From assembly GCF_006345805.1 (NCBI RefSeq), contig NC_043008.1:59148001-59212000 (forward strand): a DNA stretch of 64,000 nucleotides. Reading direction: 5' to 3'. This DNA comes from Octopus sinensis. Lineage: Eukaryota. The notes beneath the pieces are model-generated. The model saw only the letters and a list, made by a program, of their open reading frames with translations. It was not told where the DNA came from and searched no databases. Shown here in pieces: positions 42,904-60,264 of this stretch (positions within the stretch are counted from its first letter, which is position 1; the number at the start of each line of letters is the position of its first letter). Both the position numbers and the translations under genes were made by a program.

Positions 42904-43746
42904 CTATTACTGTTCTTATTTTATTGTTTTTTATCTTAAATCTTTCGTTAAAAACAAACAAGATGAGGACAAATATCTGTCAAATGTAAATAAGGTACAT
43001 AATTCCTTATTTCTTGAATATAGAATTGAAATATTTTACATTTTGGTTTTTACAACTTAAATAACGTATGAAGATGGATAACATTATATCGGTAACATTC
43101 GTGTCTTTGTAAATACACATAAAGACTAAATATTTTAAAGGTTGGGAAAATGTTTGATATTCTCAACTTTACCAGGGGCTCATTAACTGTGTAAGATAAC
43201 AGAACGTTTTAGTAATCGTCAATTAAAACAACGTTCGTCTTTCAGGACCTGTTGCTGGCTGGAAACCAGAAATGTTAACGTATCACATTCGTAGAGTTAC
43301 CGTGGTGCGGTGTTCATTTATCGTGCGCGACAGATTCACAAGATCGTACAGCAGCAAACATTTTTATCAGAGGAAGGTTATTTTTTATCGTTGTTGTTTC
43401 AAAACAGAATATTTTAATTAACTGAAAATAATTTTATATAACTCTATTATAACTTTAATATGGAATATCTTTATATTTAATCATTTCTGCATACAGCCGA
43501 TAACTGGAGTGATGGAAGAAAAATTAAAGAGTAAAAACGGAACGAAACAGAAAATTAATAAGCAAACAGGAGCTCTTAATAGACTAAAGAGAAAATCAAC
43601 ATGGTAAACATGTATTCCGAAAGATTCACAGAAATAAATGGAAGATAAACATTATTAGAATGATGATCCATGATATATTCAATAGAAAATTAAATTAGGA
43701 ACATGTGTTGGGATAACGTCCAATCACAATTTACATGTAATAGAAA

Positions 43747-43804
<58 letters not shown>

Positions 43805-44200
43805 TTTACCCCAGTGTCACTTTGATGGCATGCACTGCTCTCAATAATAATAATAATGCCCTGATGCAGTACCATGCAGTGGCTCTCATGGCCTCTGATC
43901 TTAACTGATTGGAAGTGTTATCATGTACACTGTTTTGTCTTGGTATAAAAGATGGGCTACAGCAAATATTCTGCTCACTACCACAGATTTGCTTGTCAGT
44001 TGTGTGACCATAAACAGTTGACCATGTCCCTTAGTGGCTGACGATATGTGCATCTCTGATCACAACAGAAGTAGTGGGGGAGCATCATAGCCATGTGTTG
44101 AAAGAATTCTTTGAGGTTTGAATAATTCACCTCTGGAAACATGGGTGGTTCTTTCAACATCCTTAAACAACCCTTCTTCAGGGACCTTTTGAGCGTTCAG
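43805..44200 (-). mobile_element. Interspersed repeat with (TAA)n tail, probably a SINE or LINE 3' portion (unclassified)
   Basis: Ends on the minus strand in ...GGTACTGCATCAGGGCATTATTATT; recalled as a common octopus repeat; single copy in this window. Confidence 0.5.
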
Positions 44201-45187
44201 TGTTCAGCTTTCTGCCGAACGGGCTGCTTAAACGATTTGTTTATAGAGAGTAAATGTATGTTCTGTAGAGTAGTTCATTCGCTCCATCAAATTGACAGTA
44301 CCAGTCGAACACTGGGCCAATGTAATCCACTAACTTCCATACCTAAAATTTCAGGTCATATGCCTATAATAGAAACAATTATTGCCATTAAGGTGACGAT
44401 TTTGCTGAATCGTTAGCGAGTCAGATAAACCTCAGTGCGATTTAAGAGCGGAACAATAACCACGATGTACAAACGAATCTATCAATTTGCTTGCAGTTGT
44501 GACTTTTAATTTCCTCTCTGGCTAGGCTTATAGTTAGATATACTAGGATCTACTGATCTCATTGTAGTAAGGATGGTAATAATGACAGTAAGAGAAAGTG
44601 CAAGAAACCTTTACAAACTATGAATGAAAGAAAGAATCAGCCATTTTCTAATAATATGCACTACGTCTCGTTCTGACAACAGTTGATAAGCGGTTATATC
44701 AACTCCAGGATTGTTATTTGTTTTGTCAAATCCCCGGAGGTTAAAATATAAATGACAGCATGGCACGAACCCGTAAACTTATTTAATACGATAAATTTCT
44801 CTTTGAGATCGGCATCTGAATACAACGGACATCCCAATCGGAAAGTTAATTAGGAAAACATTGATTTTTTGTAAAATACAGTCAAAGAACTTCTATTTGA
44901 GAAGGGTCGGAATGGCGAAGCAGAAGGCGCCATTTGCTCCCAAGAGTATTAGTATTAAGAGAGTGAAATTGTTTCAATAAGTATTTGCAATGGTATCGAT
45001 ATCTATTATCACTTTATGAACGTCATTCACCATGGCAATAACATAAATGATTTTTTTTTATTATATATACTTGTCGGACCTATAGAAATTCTCGAGTGTA
45101 AGTCAGCAGATTTGAAAACATTATGTAGCTACAAGAAACACAAGCAAGGAATTTCAAAATAGTCCTTTTAAACACTCTTTAAAAACA

Positions 45188-45189
<2 letters not shown>

Positions 45190-45252
<63 letters not shown>

Positions 45253-45315
45253 CCTCTCTCTCTCTTTATCTCCTCTCTCTCTCCTTCTCTCTCTCCCTCT
45301 CTCTCTCTCTCTCTG
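45190..45315. repeat. (CT)n microsatellite
   Basis: Direct reading. Confidence 0.95.
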
Positions 45316-46762
45316 TTTCTAATCATTTAGACCTTACTACACTCTCTCTAATGATATTGCGGAGTGCAGAGAGCAATCTGAAGCAATTGAGATATCTTGA
45401 TCATCCTCTTCATCCGTCACGATCATTGACTTGGTACTGATACTGGATTGAATATGGTTACATACGAGAGAGTTACCTTAATGTTGCACAACTCTGCTTC
45501 ACTTTCATCAAAGTCACTCCACAAGTCATCCTTAAAGATAAGATGGTCCTCGAAGTCCCGACGGACAAACATGCATGCATTATCTGTACAGAGTCTTCCC
45601 TATGAATTGTCACGAATTTCTATGCATTTTTTCCAGTGAGATTTTCTGCAAATCAGTGCTGGTTCACATCTAACATCGAAATTCCTTAAAATATCTGAGA
45701 GAAAAATCCTGGACATATTTTACGGGCAACGCCAGCCGGCAGGACACCAAGTGGTTGACCACGAGTGAGAAGGTTGGAAAACGTCTATAGCTTTAGTTAA
45801 TCGCGATCGGACATCCACTTGGAAAATTCTCTGAAGGTTGCTTCTGGCAAGACCCTCTCGGAACAGTTTTTTAGGTGTATGAACAGCGTCAGTTCTCAGA
45901 GGAACAGTTGGCAATGGATATGGATGGATGGATGGATGGATGGATGGATGGATGGATGGATGGATGGTTGGATGGATGGATGGATGGAGCGATGGATGGA
46001 TGGATAGATGGGTGAAGGTATTGATGGATGGATGGATGGTCGTATTGATGGATAGATGATTGAGTGGATGGATGGCCATCTAGACAGCAACAAACGAAAC
46101 AGATTAACGGTATTAATCTAGAGGAGTTAATCCTTTGCAACCACTCACTCGAAATAGGCTAAATGAGTACAAACGTGGGCACAGACACGCACACCGACAC
46201 ACACACACACATACACATACACACACATACACTCACACATACACACACACACACATATATATATATACACCGACATAATGACAAACAGAATACGAACACA
46301 CAGGGACACACACGAATTACATACATACACACACACACTGAGAAACGCATTCGTTTCCTTTAAAATAGAAAATAATTCTTCCTTTTTTTTCAAACAACAC
46401 ATGGAATTCTTTAATAATAGGATGAGCATCATAAAATTTTAGAAAAAAAATAAAAATGATATTGGATATTATATTAACGGAAATTAGATTAAAACCTGAG
46501 ACGAATTAGAAGGTGAATATTATTTATGATGTGATGTTTTTGAAACATATTGCATGTGGAAAAATATTTTGTTTTCGTTCTGGAATTGTCAACATTTTAA
46601 TCAATCAGACAACTAAATTACTAAATTGTCTATTTTCGTGTGTCCAAAGACACACGCACTGATCTCTCTCCCCCTGTCTATCTCTTTCTCTCTCTCACTC
46701 TCACTTTTTCACTCATTGTCTATCTCATATATATATGTGTGTATAAATATATATAAATATAC

Positions 46763-46795
<33 letters not shown>

Positions 46796-47099
46796 ACGGG
46801 AAGCTTTATGAAAATAAACAAAAGACGAAGGCAGGTGGAAAACAAACGAACAATTGTATTAGTATGGCGCTCAGGAAATATAAATAAAACAAGTCTTTAT
46901 ATATATATATATATATATATTTGTTTGTGTGTATATATATATATGTGTGTGTGTGTGTATGTATATATATATACATATGTATACATATGCATCTATATAT
47001 ACATATATATATATCTATATGTATGTATATATATATATATGTATATATATAATATATATATATATATTATATATATATATTATATATATATATATAGAT

Positions 47100-47167
<68 letters not shown>

Positions 47168-48029
47168 AATGCATATGCATATGTATATATATATGCATAC
47201 ACACACAAATATATGCTGATATTTATACACACACACATATATATATATACGCATATACATATATATATATATACATACATATACATATACATATGTATGT
47301 ATATATTCACATGTATGTGTATGTATGAATGAATGGATGGTTGTATGTATGCATGCATATATGTATGCCGTAAAATATAAACACAAAGACGAAATGAAAA
47401 ATAATAAAAAAAAATCTAACAGAATATATTAGGTTGACATTCAGGAAATAGGAAGAAAGAAGGAAATGTCTTTTACATTTATAATATTCTCACTTGTCTC
47501 GAAAGGAATTATAGACAAGGAGAGAAAATGAATGAAGGAAAAAGGAAACCAGTGAAATTGAGTCCAACCGCCATAGTGTGCTGAAATACCGGAAGTGTAT
47601 GTGCATGTGAGATGTGTATATCTATTTTATATATGTCTGTATATATGTTATGTATCTTTATGTGTATAGTGTATGTGCCTATGTGTTTGTGAGCGAGCGA
47701 AAGACGTTATCTGTCGCATATCGTGTAACAGTAGTATTCTTCACGTATGGTAATTATGACATAATATTATCCTAAGCGTACGTGACAATTCAGGCCCAGA
47801 TAATGATAAACATACACACTTGCACACGCTCGCCAACAGACACACACACACACACACATATTCGCAAGTATGCGCGCGTGCACACGCACACACACGTATA
47901 CCTCCCGATCATATTCTTCCAGGTTCAGTCCTGTGGGCAAGTGACATGTCTGACATAGGTTTGGGTCGATTAAACCGCGGTGAATGGACAAACACGTGCA
48001 GATTCGTCCCACATCCAAATAAGCATTAC

Positions 48030-48077
<48 letters not shown>

Positions 48078-48399
48078 GGTGGGGTCTGTGTTTGCCCCCA
48101 CCACCACCATTGCTTGACAACCAAAGAATGAGCAAAATATAAAAACCACCTTACCATTAACGGAAAAATTTCATTTACGATTTTTCGTTAATGGTAAGTT
48201 GGGTTTTATATTTTGCTCGTTCCCTTGAATTCACCAGTTTGTACAAGTTAAAACTGTGGTTTTGAGCCGTTTTGACTCCTATTTTTAGCATTGCTGGTAC
48301 TACCCTAGTACACTTCATTATGGATATATATATACGTGTATATACGTATCTATGTATATTAAGTGTTTGAGTGGGAGGGTAACTTTAAATGAAAAACTC

Positions 48400-48740
48400 A
48401 GAGAACGGGAAAGAAATTTTACTTCTCTGGAATAACATTCTGGATAGGTCACGTAACTCGGAGATTAGGGCATCTATCCAAGTCGAGCTTCTGCATCCAG
48501 GCATTGGGTGGGATGTCATAGTTTCGGTACAACGGACTGTGATTAGAATGTAATAGGAAGGTATCGCAAGACGGTCTCTTGGAGCGAGACAACTGGCATG
48601 ATACCTTGGGGTATACCAAGAATGAGATGATAAGATAATATCTGTATTCACTGATGGTACGCTTTGGAATCGAACTGCAAAGTCTAATGGCTGTTGCTTC
48701 TGAGATGCCTGAGGACTCACCTCCCATGACCCACCCATGA
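48400..48740 (-). pseudogene. Decayed LINE apurinic-endonuclease start (Tx1/L1-like)
   Basis: Minus-strand frames give VNTDIILSS and IMPVVSLQET (D-x-x-x-LQET APE motif); frameshifted. Confidence 0.45.
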
Positions 48741-49899
48741 AAAGCGGGCGGAGGATTTGGATAGATTGTGGGATGATTAGCTATGCTAATTGTGTACGTT
48801 TTTCTGTTATTCTGTGTCTATAAATATGAACACAAATGTGAAAGCTGAAATTTATGTAGGATACCAAAAATTATGCGAGCAATACGTTGGATTATAAATG
48901 GTGTGGGAGTTTATGAAAGTTTCAGAAATACGTTTCTATGACGTCAAACCCTTTGTTTTCTTTGTACTTCAGTATGTTTAATATTTTCCATAGAATAATA
49001 AAATAGATATATATATAGAATAGAAGAGTGAGAGAGAGAGAAAGAGAGAGAGGGAGAGAAAGAGTGAGAAAGAGAATGAGAAACATAGATGGAGAGGAAG
49101 GGAGGCTGAGTGATTTTATCGATTTGTTTACATTTATAACACTATCTTCTATGACAGCTTTTGTAAACAGACATCGAAATTCATTAATTGCTTTAATGTA
49201 AAAAAAAATCTTTAAAATATATTTTCACGTAATCTATCTTCCAACAAGGGCATGTCTTTTAACTCATCGTGTACTAACAGAATGACAGTAAAATATACGA
49301 TGACAGTAAAATGGAGTAGGGTTAAAAAGCGATAACGCCTCAACATCGCATCTTAGTCTGCTAGAAATAGCAACCAAACCTGCTTCAGAGCATATTATGC
49401 TTTCTTATGTATACTTACATCTAGGCGTAATCCTACGCAATGGTTCTCTAAAACATGATTTGGTCTAAGGGATATTACAGTCCAATTCTCCCTCAAACGA
49501 TAGATTTCTAATTTGTGTATTCAGGAATATATGACTCAACAAGTTAGATGCTGTTTGACAGCTAGACCTGACAGAAATAGCAGTCAAATCTTCCTCAGAT
49601 ATCTTCCTTCTGTTTTATATATGTAAGAGCCTTCGAAGAAGACCTCTATGTCATAAAATGACTTGTCAGAAGTTATCGCCATATCTCGCTAAAATCAAAC
49701 CCTACTTTCCGTGTGTAAATATATATATTTACCAGAAACGTTCATTAAAGATTTCCCCTGACCCACTTCCTGTTATTGCAGGAAACAGAACTTGTACAGG
49801 TATAATCATACAAGTCTCTATATGTCATATTGTAAATTGCAGTAAGCGTCATTTATTTCCTATAAATGGCGGCTTTTGAATCACTGTATATATATGTAA

Positions 49900-50485
49900 G
49901 GTGGTTGTCTAGATCTTATGCAGTGTCTGATCACTCCTTGGACTTACACCTTACATCCCTCAAGGCGTCAGATGTGGCTTTTCAAACGACACCCACATAG
50001 ATTGCATATTTGATTTAGACCACGAAGAGCTGCAGTTAAGTTCTCATCTTTGTGGATCTTAAAATGTCTTTTCAGGCCTCCATTAGATTTGTAGACCTTA
50101 TGGCATGCACAGCATTGAAAGGTGTGCACAGATATACAGGTAGATGGTGGAGGTTCGTTTTTCTTGGGTTCGTAAATGAGATATGAGTCCAGAAAAAGAA
50201 AGGCATGGTCTGTCACAAACTGTGCCCCCCAAAAGGTCATTGTGATTCAGCTTCTGGATCGCAACTTGCTTCTTTAAATCTCTCTTGAGACTTGCATGTG
50301 ATCCTGACCTCCTCAAAAGCTTTCACTTCATCTCAACATTTTTGTTTGCCATCCAACTCGATTCGAAACAAGGGGTTCTATGGCATTTGGATAGATTCCA
50401 AGTGACTTCATGGTAGTCTTTATGCCGTCCTTGAACCACTTTTTAAGTTTACACCACTTGCGTTTGCCCTCTGCAAGCTCGCCAT
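49900..50485 (-). pseudogene. RTE-clade LINE 3' end with C2H2-like fingers
   Basis: QLFYGELAEGKRK..K.KK.FKD (RTE C-terminal pattern), then CDRPCLSFSGLISHLRT, CCACHKVYKSNGGLKRHFKIH and CNLCGCRLKSHI; 5'-truncated at (TA)n. Confidence 0.8.
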
Positions 50486-50495
50486 AAAACAGCTG

Positions 50496-50563
<68 letters not shown>

Positions 50564-50673
50564 GGTATACACTCTTTACTCCTCAGTGCAAGCATAATTC
50601 AAGACTTATAATGAATGAACAAAAACAACATACCAGCGAACAACATGTTATATATATATATCTATATATATAT

Positions 50674-50705
<32 letters not shown>

Positions 50706-51685
50706 CATATACAGACAGACAGATAAAGTAAAGTCAAATAGAATAGCTGTCTACATGAGGATTGTGCGCCATTCAAATTGCTACATTGTAAACAAATGCT
50801 AAGCCGTGTTTGGATATCTGTATCCAAACACACAACATTGAATGATAATTTCTGGGGTTTTTTTCTTTTTTTTCTTTCATTATAATTTAGTCATCTTAAC
50901 AGTATCCATATTACTCTTCTATCTAACTTCCAATTCACTTACCGCCCGCCTTTTGTTTTATTTTTAAAAACCTCTAACCCTACTTCTTTTCAGTTTTTAT
51001 ATAATGTTTCTGCTATCCGCAACCTATAGTTATTATTCCCAAATCCACATAGTATTATCTGAAACTTTATTTGATACACAACACCGAAGAACAATGTAAA
51101 GCTCACTAATTTATGAATCACTGTTACGGTTAAATAATTCTTACTATTGTTTTATACGCTTCTCTACTTATATCTCCTACAGTCAACATTGACTCTCATA
51201 TTTCCCTTTTGTGCTTCATTAAGTACGATTCTTACAGTTACATAAGCCATTTTATTCGATATTTCATTAAATATTGATTTTTCTTATCATATTCCCTCTC
51301 ATAGACCGTTCAAATAGATATTATATACGCTGTTGATTTTTATTATCATATTCTCTTTCATCTTAGTTCATATATTTATTATAAAACTTAATTATTTGCA
51401 GACTTTACTTTTGTTCACCTACAACACATTTAAACAAAAACACCTACGAAAAGCCTTGGTTGTGTCATATATTTTTAATTCTATAATTCAGATTGCACAA
51501 CACCTAAACGTTCTTCTTTTCTCATCATTAGCATTCCACCTCTATTTTCATTAAAATTCTTAAATAATTACAGTTGAAACTAGTCAACAAAATTCAACAA
51601 TTTTCTTCTATGGGAGAGAAAAACAAGCAATCTTTATTTTTCAGCGACTGATTACGAAACTCATACCTATTGTCCCACGCATACT

Positions 51686-51850
51686 CAATCTTTTACTCTT
51701 TTACTTGTTTCAGTCATTTGACTGTGGCCATGCTGGAGCACCGCCTTTAGTGGAACAAATCTACCCCTGGACTTATTCTTTGTAAGCCTAGTACTTAATT
51801 TATCGGTTTTCTTTTGCCGAACCGCTAAGTTACTGGGACGTAAACACGTC
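51686..51850 (-). mobile_element. CORE-type SINE 3' half
   Basis: CTTGTTTCAGTCATTTGACTGTGGCCATGCTGGAGCACC. Confidence 0.85.
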
Positions 51851-52811
51851 CGAAATGTTATGGAAAATAGATCAGTTTCAAAACATTGACGTTCGGGTCA
51901 CGAAAGCAAATTTTGAAGGGAATAGTAGTCATTTCCTTTGATTTCCAGATAGAAGCAAATAGGAAATAACACTTACAGACCAAAGACAAAAAATATTAAA
52001 AATATAAATATAAATTCTGTTACACAGTTTAACCTGAGTACTATGTATAAAAGGGAACATAACACTATTTTTGTGAAGCGTTTCGATTTTTGTGAAGGGT
52101 TTTGCTTTTGTTTAATCAGGAAAAGTTAACCAGTAAATATGATATTCTGTAGTTTTGATGTCACTACTCAACAAAAGAAACGTATTGTGGCTATTTACAC
52201 ATTTTCGGTCACTGAGTGCACTAGTCATTCTCATTTATCAAATTTTACCGAAGAATTTTAAACAACAGAATTATGTCCATTTTCGGTTATTCTCATTAAA
52301 AATATGTCAACGCGTAAATGATTCTGCCAGAAAATGGAACTGTTTTCTCTACCGGAAGATAATGATCATTTACTGAGAAAGTATATGTGGTCGATTCCCT
52401 CAATTTTTTTGTTTCCAGACTATATGCTTTAGGGACCTTTGGAAAGGTAATGTTGCTGAATTCTTGTTTACATTCCACTCTTTAGAAATTTTCGGTATCA
52501 TACTAAAACAAATGGTAAACCACAGATGATTATATTGATATGGGGATTATGTATTTACCCACATTTTTCTAGACGTTCAGCAAAAATTGTAACAAAGGTG
52601 CGAAAAGAATGCATTTTATCTCTATTGCCTGTCTCACAAGAAAACAGCGTAAGCTTTCTTTATTCTTGATGTAATTATAAACTTTTGTGATTTAGCGGCG
52701 AATTGTTCACAGAAACAGCAAAAGTCTTCGGGATTAGTTATGCAATTGTGAAACATTTTAAGCGTATAAATTTAGTTCTGACAGGAATCGCGATATTTGG
52801 CGAAAGAGAAG

Positions 52812-52945
52812 GCAGCGATCTGGCAGGTCGTTACGGCGCAGGGAAAAACGCTTAGCGGCATTTCTTTCAACTTTTAGTTCTGACTTCAAATGCCGCCGGG
52901 ATCGACTTTGCCTTTCAACCTATGGAGGCCGATAAAGTAAGTACT
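52812..52945 (+). mobile_element. SINE family 2, 5' part, diverged
   Basis: GGCAGCGATCTGGCAG...GATCGACTTTGCCTTTCA. Confidence 0.7.
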
Positions 52946-53112
52946 CTTTACTCTCTTTTACTCTTTTATTAATACTATGAAGATTAGCATTTCCCTTCGG
53001 AAGAAATTTCATACATATCTATATTATTTTATAACAAAAATGTAAAGAATTTTTCATAACACTCATAAAAACATTTATAATACATCCCATCGCAACATAT
53101 TTCATACCTGTA

Positions 53113-53478
53113 GTGGAGACGCAATGGCCCAGTGGTTAGGGCAGCGGACTCGCGGTCGTAGGATCGCGGTTTCGATTCCCAGACCGGGCGTTGTGAGTGT
53201 TTATTGAGCGAAAAACACCTAAGAGCTCCACGAGGCTCCGGCAAGGGATGGTGGTGATCCCTGCTGTACTCTTTCACCACAACTTTCTCTCACTCTTTCT
53301 TCCTGTTTCTGTTGTACCTGTATTTCAAAAGTCCGGCCTTGTCACTCTCTGTGTCATGCGTTAAGGGTACACGTGTCTGTGGAGTGCTCAGCCACTTACA
53401 CGTTAATTTCACGAGCAGGCTGTTCCGTTGGTCGGATCAACCGGAACCCTCATCGTCGTAACCGACGGAGTGCTTCCA
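53113..53478 (+). mobile_element. OK-like SINE (tail type A), full length
   Basis: Matches 111-488; 13-bp TSD ATTTCATACCTGT at 53099-53111 and 53482-53494. Confidence 0.92.
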
Positions 53479-53798
53479 TCCATTTCATACCTGTCTCTCT
53501 TGTTAACTTATACTCATTTTCCTCGGAACGTCTATTAATTCAGATATTCAGTTCTCTTTCCTCAATATTCCCAAGGTTCGTGAGATGAAACGATACATTA
53601 ACATATGTAATAGAACTTTTCAATTTAACTAGAAGTAAAACATTTCTATATCATACGCAACTAAAGGTATTTGCTTTGAATGACATCATTTTACTATTTT
53701 TGTGTGTGTTTGAGTCAGGGTGTATGTTTGTCTACAGGTGGACGTATGAATGGGTATGTATATATATGTATATTATATATATATATATCTATAGATAG

Positions 53799-53830
<32 letters not shown>

Positions 53831-53860
53831 TATCCATACATACATACATACATACATACA

Positions 53861-53893
<33 letters not shown>

Positions 53894-54041
53894 TAATTTT
53901 GTGTGTATGCATACACACATATGTATTTATTATATATATATATATATATATTCCCCAGGGCATTTGTTCGTCAGAACAAGTAACCAGAGACTTCTTTCAT
54001 GTATACATACATATATACATAAATACATACAAACTTATGCT

Positions 54042-54087
<46 letters not shown>

Positions 54088-54132
54088 TACATACACATGC
54101 AAACACACACATATATATTATATATGTATATG

Positions 54133-54202
<70 letters not shown>

Positions 54203-54629
54203 TATAAATAAATATTCGCCGAATAAATAATTCAAAAGAAAACGTAGATTACTAATGCAGAGTATAGAAATATTATATAAGATTACAATTTTTCGGACTA
54301 TTAATCTCTTCTCGGAGATGAAATAGTGTTTAATATTTACATCTGAAATACATTTTCATCGGAGATCAAACTGTGGATAATATATTGTTAATGTAAATAT
54401 TAAAAGATTGTTTTATCTCCGAAGTAACGTTTAACAGACCGAAACAAAAAAAAACATATTATTTACTAAAACTGAATCTGAGTCTAATTACACTTAGAGA
54501 GTTCATGTGTGTGTGTGTGTGTGCGTGTGTATGTGTGTGTGTGTATATGTGTGTGTGAGTGTGTGTGTGTGTGTGTGTGTCTGTGTGTGTATGTATTATG
54601 TATGTATTTTTCTTATACTAGAATGTTGT

Positions 54630-56270
<1,641 letters not shown>

Positions 56271-56384
56271 ATATATATCTACTTATATATTAAAGCAGAA
56301 AAGCCAGAACTAATATAAAGGAGACAATAATGATGGTCTTATTTTACTTTAATATTATTACTATTACGTTAATATTATTAGTAT

Positions 56385-56930
56385 TATCTGTAAATATAAA
56401 AGGCAGGATGTGTGTGTGTGTACGTGAATGTAATTTATGCACGTCTACAAATTAGCACGCATGTTGCTCCAATTTTAGGAGGATATTCGTTATGATCCTA
56501 GCTGTATTTTCATCAACTTATTTTTTCCCAGAGGCACCAGCGAATAGCAGTAAAAATAAATTTTCAACCAAAATTTTTAACAATTTTTAAGTCGGAGAAA
56601 TCACTATTGTTTGCAAACATGAGTTAAGTCCCCTTCTAGCAACGAGTTAGGTTTTGCTAAAACTTTTGTTGTTGCTTTTTCATCGAGGAAAAAAGGTTTT
56701 TGTTGATTTACGGGCAACACAGAGACACGAAAATGTATACGTACAAAAAACATGTATGCAATAGGTGTATGTAAGTACGTGCGTGTGTGTTGCCCATATA
56801 TATATATAAACCAATTTCAACGGGTTTCGCCCAAATTTCACGTCGATGTTACTTCGATTCGAAATAAAGAACTTCATTAGCTTAATAATCCTAATTTAAT
56901 CCCGGACAAAGCCGGGTTATACTGCTAGTA
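56385..56930 (-). mobile_element. Helitron-like element, same family as 17810-18410
   Basis: Long reverse-complement homology; 5' ACTAGCAGTATAACCCGGCTTTGTCCGGG. Confidence 0.7.
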
Positions 56931-57424
56931 ATTATTAATTTTATTCATCATGTACAAGTACTTGTGTGTTCATCATTATTTTATTTATATCATTCAAGTT
57001 TACAAAAATGTAAGCATGTCTTTCACAATTCTGAAGTGTATGTTATCGAATTTATTTTGCAAGTAACTTATGGCCAATCCTGTAAATTATTCATCACTAA
57101 ATTATTGTCAGTGTCAACGCGTCCGTACAACCATATCACTTTGACGAACTGATAAGAATTTTTTCCGTTTGTTTTAAAATAACAGCTAAGACGATTACAT
57201 AATTTTCAACGTATTTGATTTTTCAGGTGGCTTTCTATTTTTCCCTTCCAAATATTGTATTTCTTATACTTCTATTTCTCTTTTTATTTCTCTTTGTTCA
57301 GATATTTTATGTTTTTATTTTGAATAGTGGCGACAAGCGAATGACTAAAATATTATCACGCCAAAAACTACTTGACATCACAATTGAATTGTAAGAGTGT
57401 TTGTGTATATATGTATATTCTTTT

Positions 57425-57700
57425 CTTGTATCAGTCATTTGACTGTTGCGTGCTGGAGCACCGCCTTTAGTCAACCAAATTGACCCAGAACTTATTGTTC
57501 GTAAGTCTAGTACTTATTCTATTGGTCTCTTTTGCCGAACCGCTAGGTTACGGCAACGTAAACAAACCAACATCTGTTGTCCAGTGATGGATGGGAGACA
57601 AACACATACACTCAAATACACGTGTGCGTGCACACACATACACACATGTATATATATATATATACGACGGGATTCATTCAGTTTCCGTCTGCCAAATCCA
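57425..57700 (-). mobile_element. CORE-type SINE, 5'-truncated
   Basis: Tail and body match family 1. Confidence 0.85.
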
Positions 57701-57772
57701 CCCACACTCACGTGTGAATCAAGCTAGGACAGGAGACAAACAAGAACACGTCTTCCTTGTTCCACCTACAAC

Positions 57773-57827
<55 letters not shown>

Positions 57828-57883
57828 GAAAGAAAAGTGGCCGATACTCAAGATTGCTCCGATTCGTATACATTCGCTGCCTT

Positions 57884-59105
<1,222 letters not shown>

Positions 59106-59401
59106 GTATATATATATATATATATATATATACATTATATATATATGTGTGTGTGTGTATTGTTGCATTTAGGAATGGTCATTTTGCCAGTTAAGCCAAT
59201 AAAAACACACGCACTATATATTTGGTGTTACTTTGCTTCAGCGTTTTTTACTTTTTACATTAATCTAAATCTTATTTCGGTCAGAGTTCTTTCGTCACAC
59301 CCATTTGACCTCATTATTGGTCCTTTGCTTTCTTCTTTCTTATTTGTGTGTCTCTCCCTACTAATGGTCAACCATTTTGTATTTAGTATTCCTATTGTAC
59401 A

Positions 59402-59480
<79 letters not shown>

Positions 59481-59486
<6 letters not shown>

Positions 59487-59630
59487 TCACTGCCTGGAAT
59501 CGAACTCGGAATCTTGGGTGTTAGTAACCAGCGCTCTTAACCACTACGCCATATGCCAGAAACATTGTGTTAACAACAAACGAGACGAGCACAAATATAT
59601 CCGTCAAATGTAAATAATGTAAATAATATA
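59481..59630 (-). mobile_element. tRNA-like head (minus) abutting an inverted HHR-tail fragment (plus); same family as 42207
   Basis: A-box TGGCGTAGTGG and B-box GAGTTCGATTCC on the minus strand, followed by (AAT)n; plus-strand GAAACATTGTGTTAACAAC...CCGTCAAATGTAAATAATG at 59555-59630. Confidence 0.75.
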
Positions 59631-60264
59631 AATAACGTTCACATGGGATATCATAAACTTGTCGACACTCCATGGCAAAATTTTGGCAAGATCAATTTCT
59701 TCTATAGGTTTGTTTTAGGTGAACAGGTTCACTTTTAACTCTGTTCAACTAGTAAATAGATCCTCGCAAGAAATAGTGACCTAGCTTCTTTCATATTCTT
59801 TACTATATAGTCTTAAAAGATGAGAATCTTTAGAAAACATACATCTTTATATACTCCAAAGCAGAACGTTTTGGTTAGAACGTGTTTGATTATATCTCAA
59901 TCGAAAACCAACAAATATCTTGATTTATTCAAAAAGACTTAATAATTCGTATAAACTACACCAACAGAGCACTTATTGATTTTGCACATATCACCAAGAC
60001 AGCTTCATAAAAGAAGTCCTATTCAAATGTTATAGACAGAAGAAAAAATTACAAAGAAAAAAAGCATAGGTAAAAAGATTAAAGTAAAGAGTAAAACCGA
60101 AGTGATTATATATTTTATTTTATTTGTTAAAAATTTCGCTTTACCAACAGAAGCAAGGCCAACAAATAAGAAAATTGATTCATGGGAGGCAACTCTTCCT
60201 ACCTTATTTATTCACAACGATTTTCTATAATGAATCAAAACGTGATATTTTATTGAGATATTTT

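Noticed and set aside
44460-45050. Hydrophobic minus-strand frame with SL*RFLAL resembling a GPCR or channel
   Set aside because: Four internal stops and no further family motifs; cannot be supported without a search.
51000-51620. Possible LINE endonuclease relic (ENRGGMLMMRK on the minus strand)
   Set aside because: Only one short motif, in very AT-rich sequence; insufficient evidence.
54270-54370. Possible tandem HHR relics on the minus strand
   Set aside because: The cores are too degenerate (CCGAGAAGA, CCGATGA) to call; probably old Penelope-type debris.
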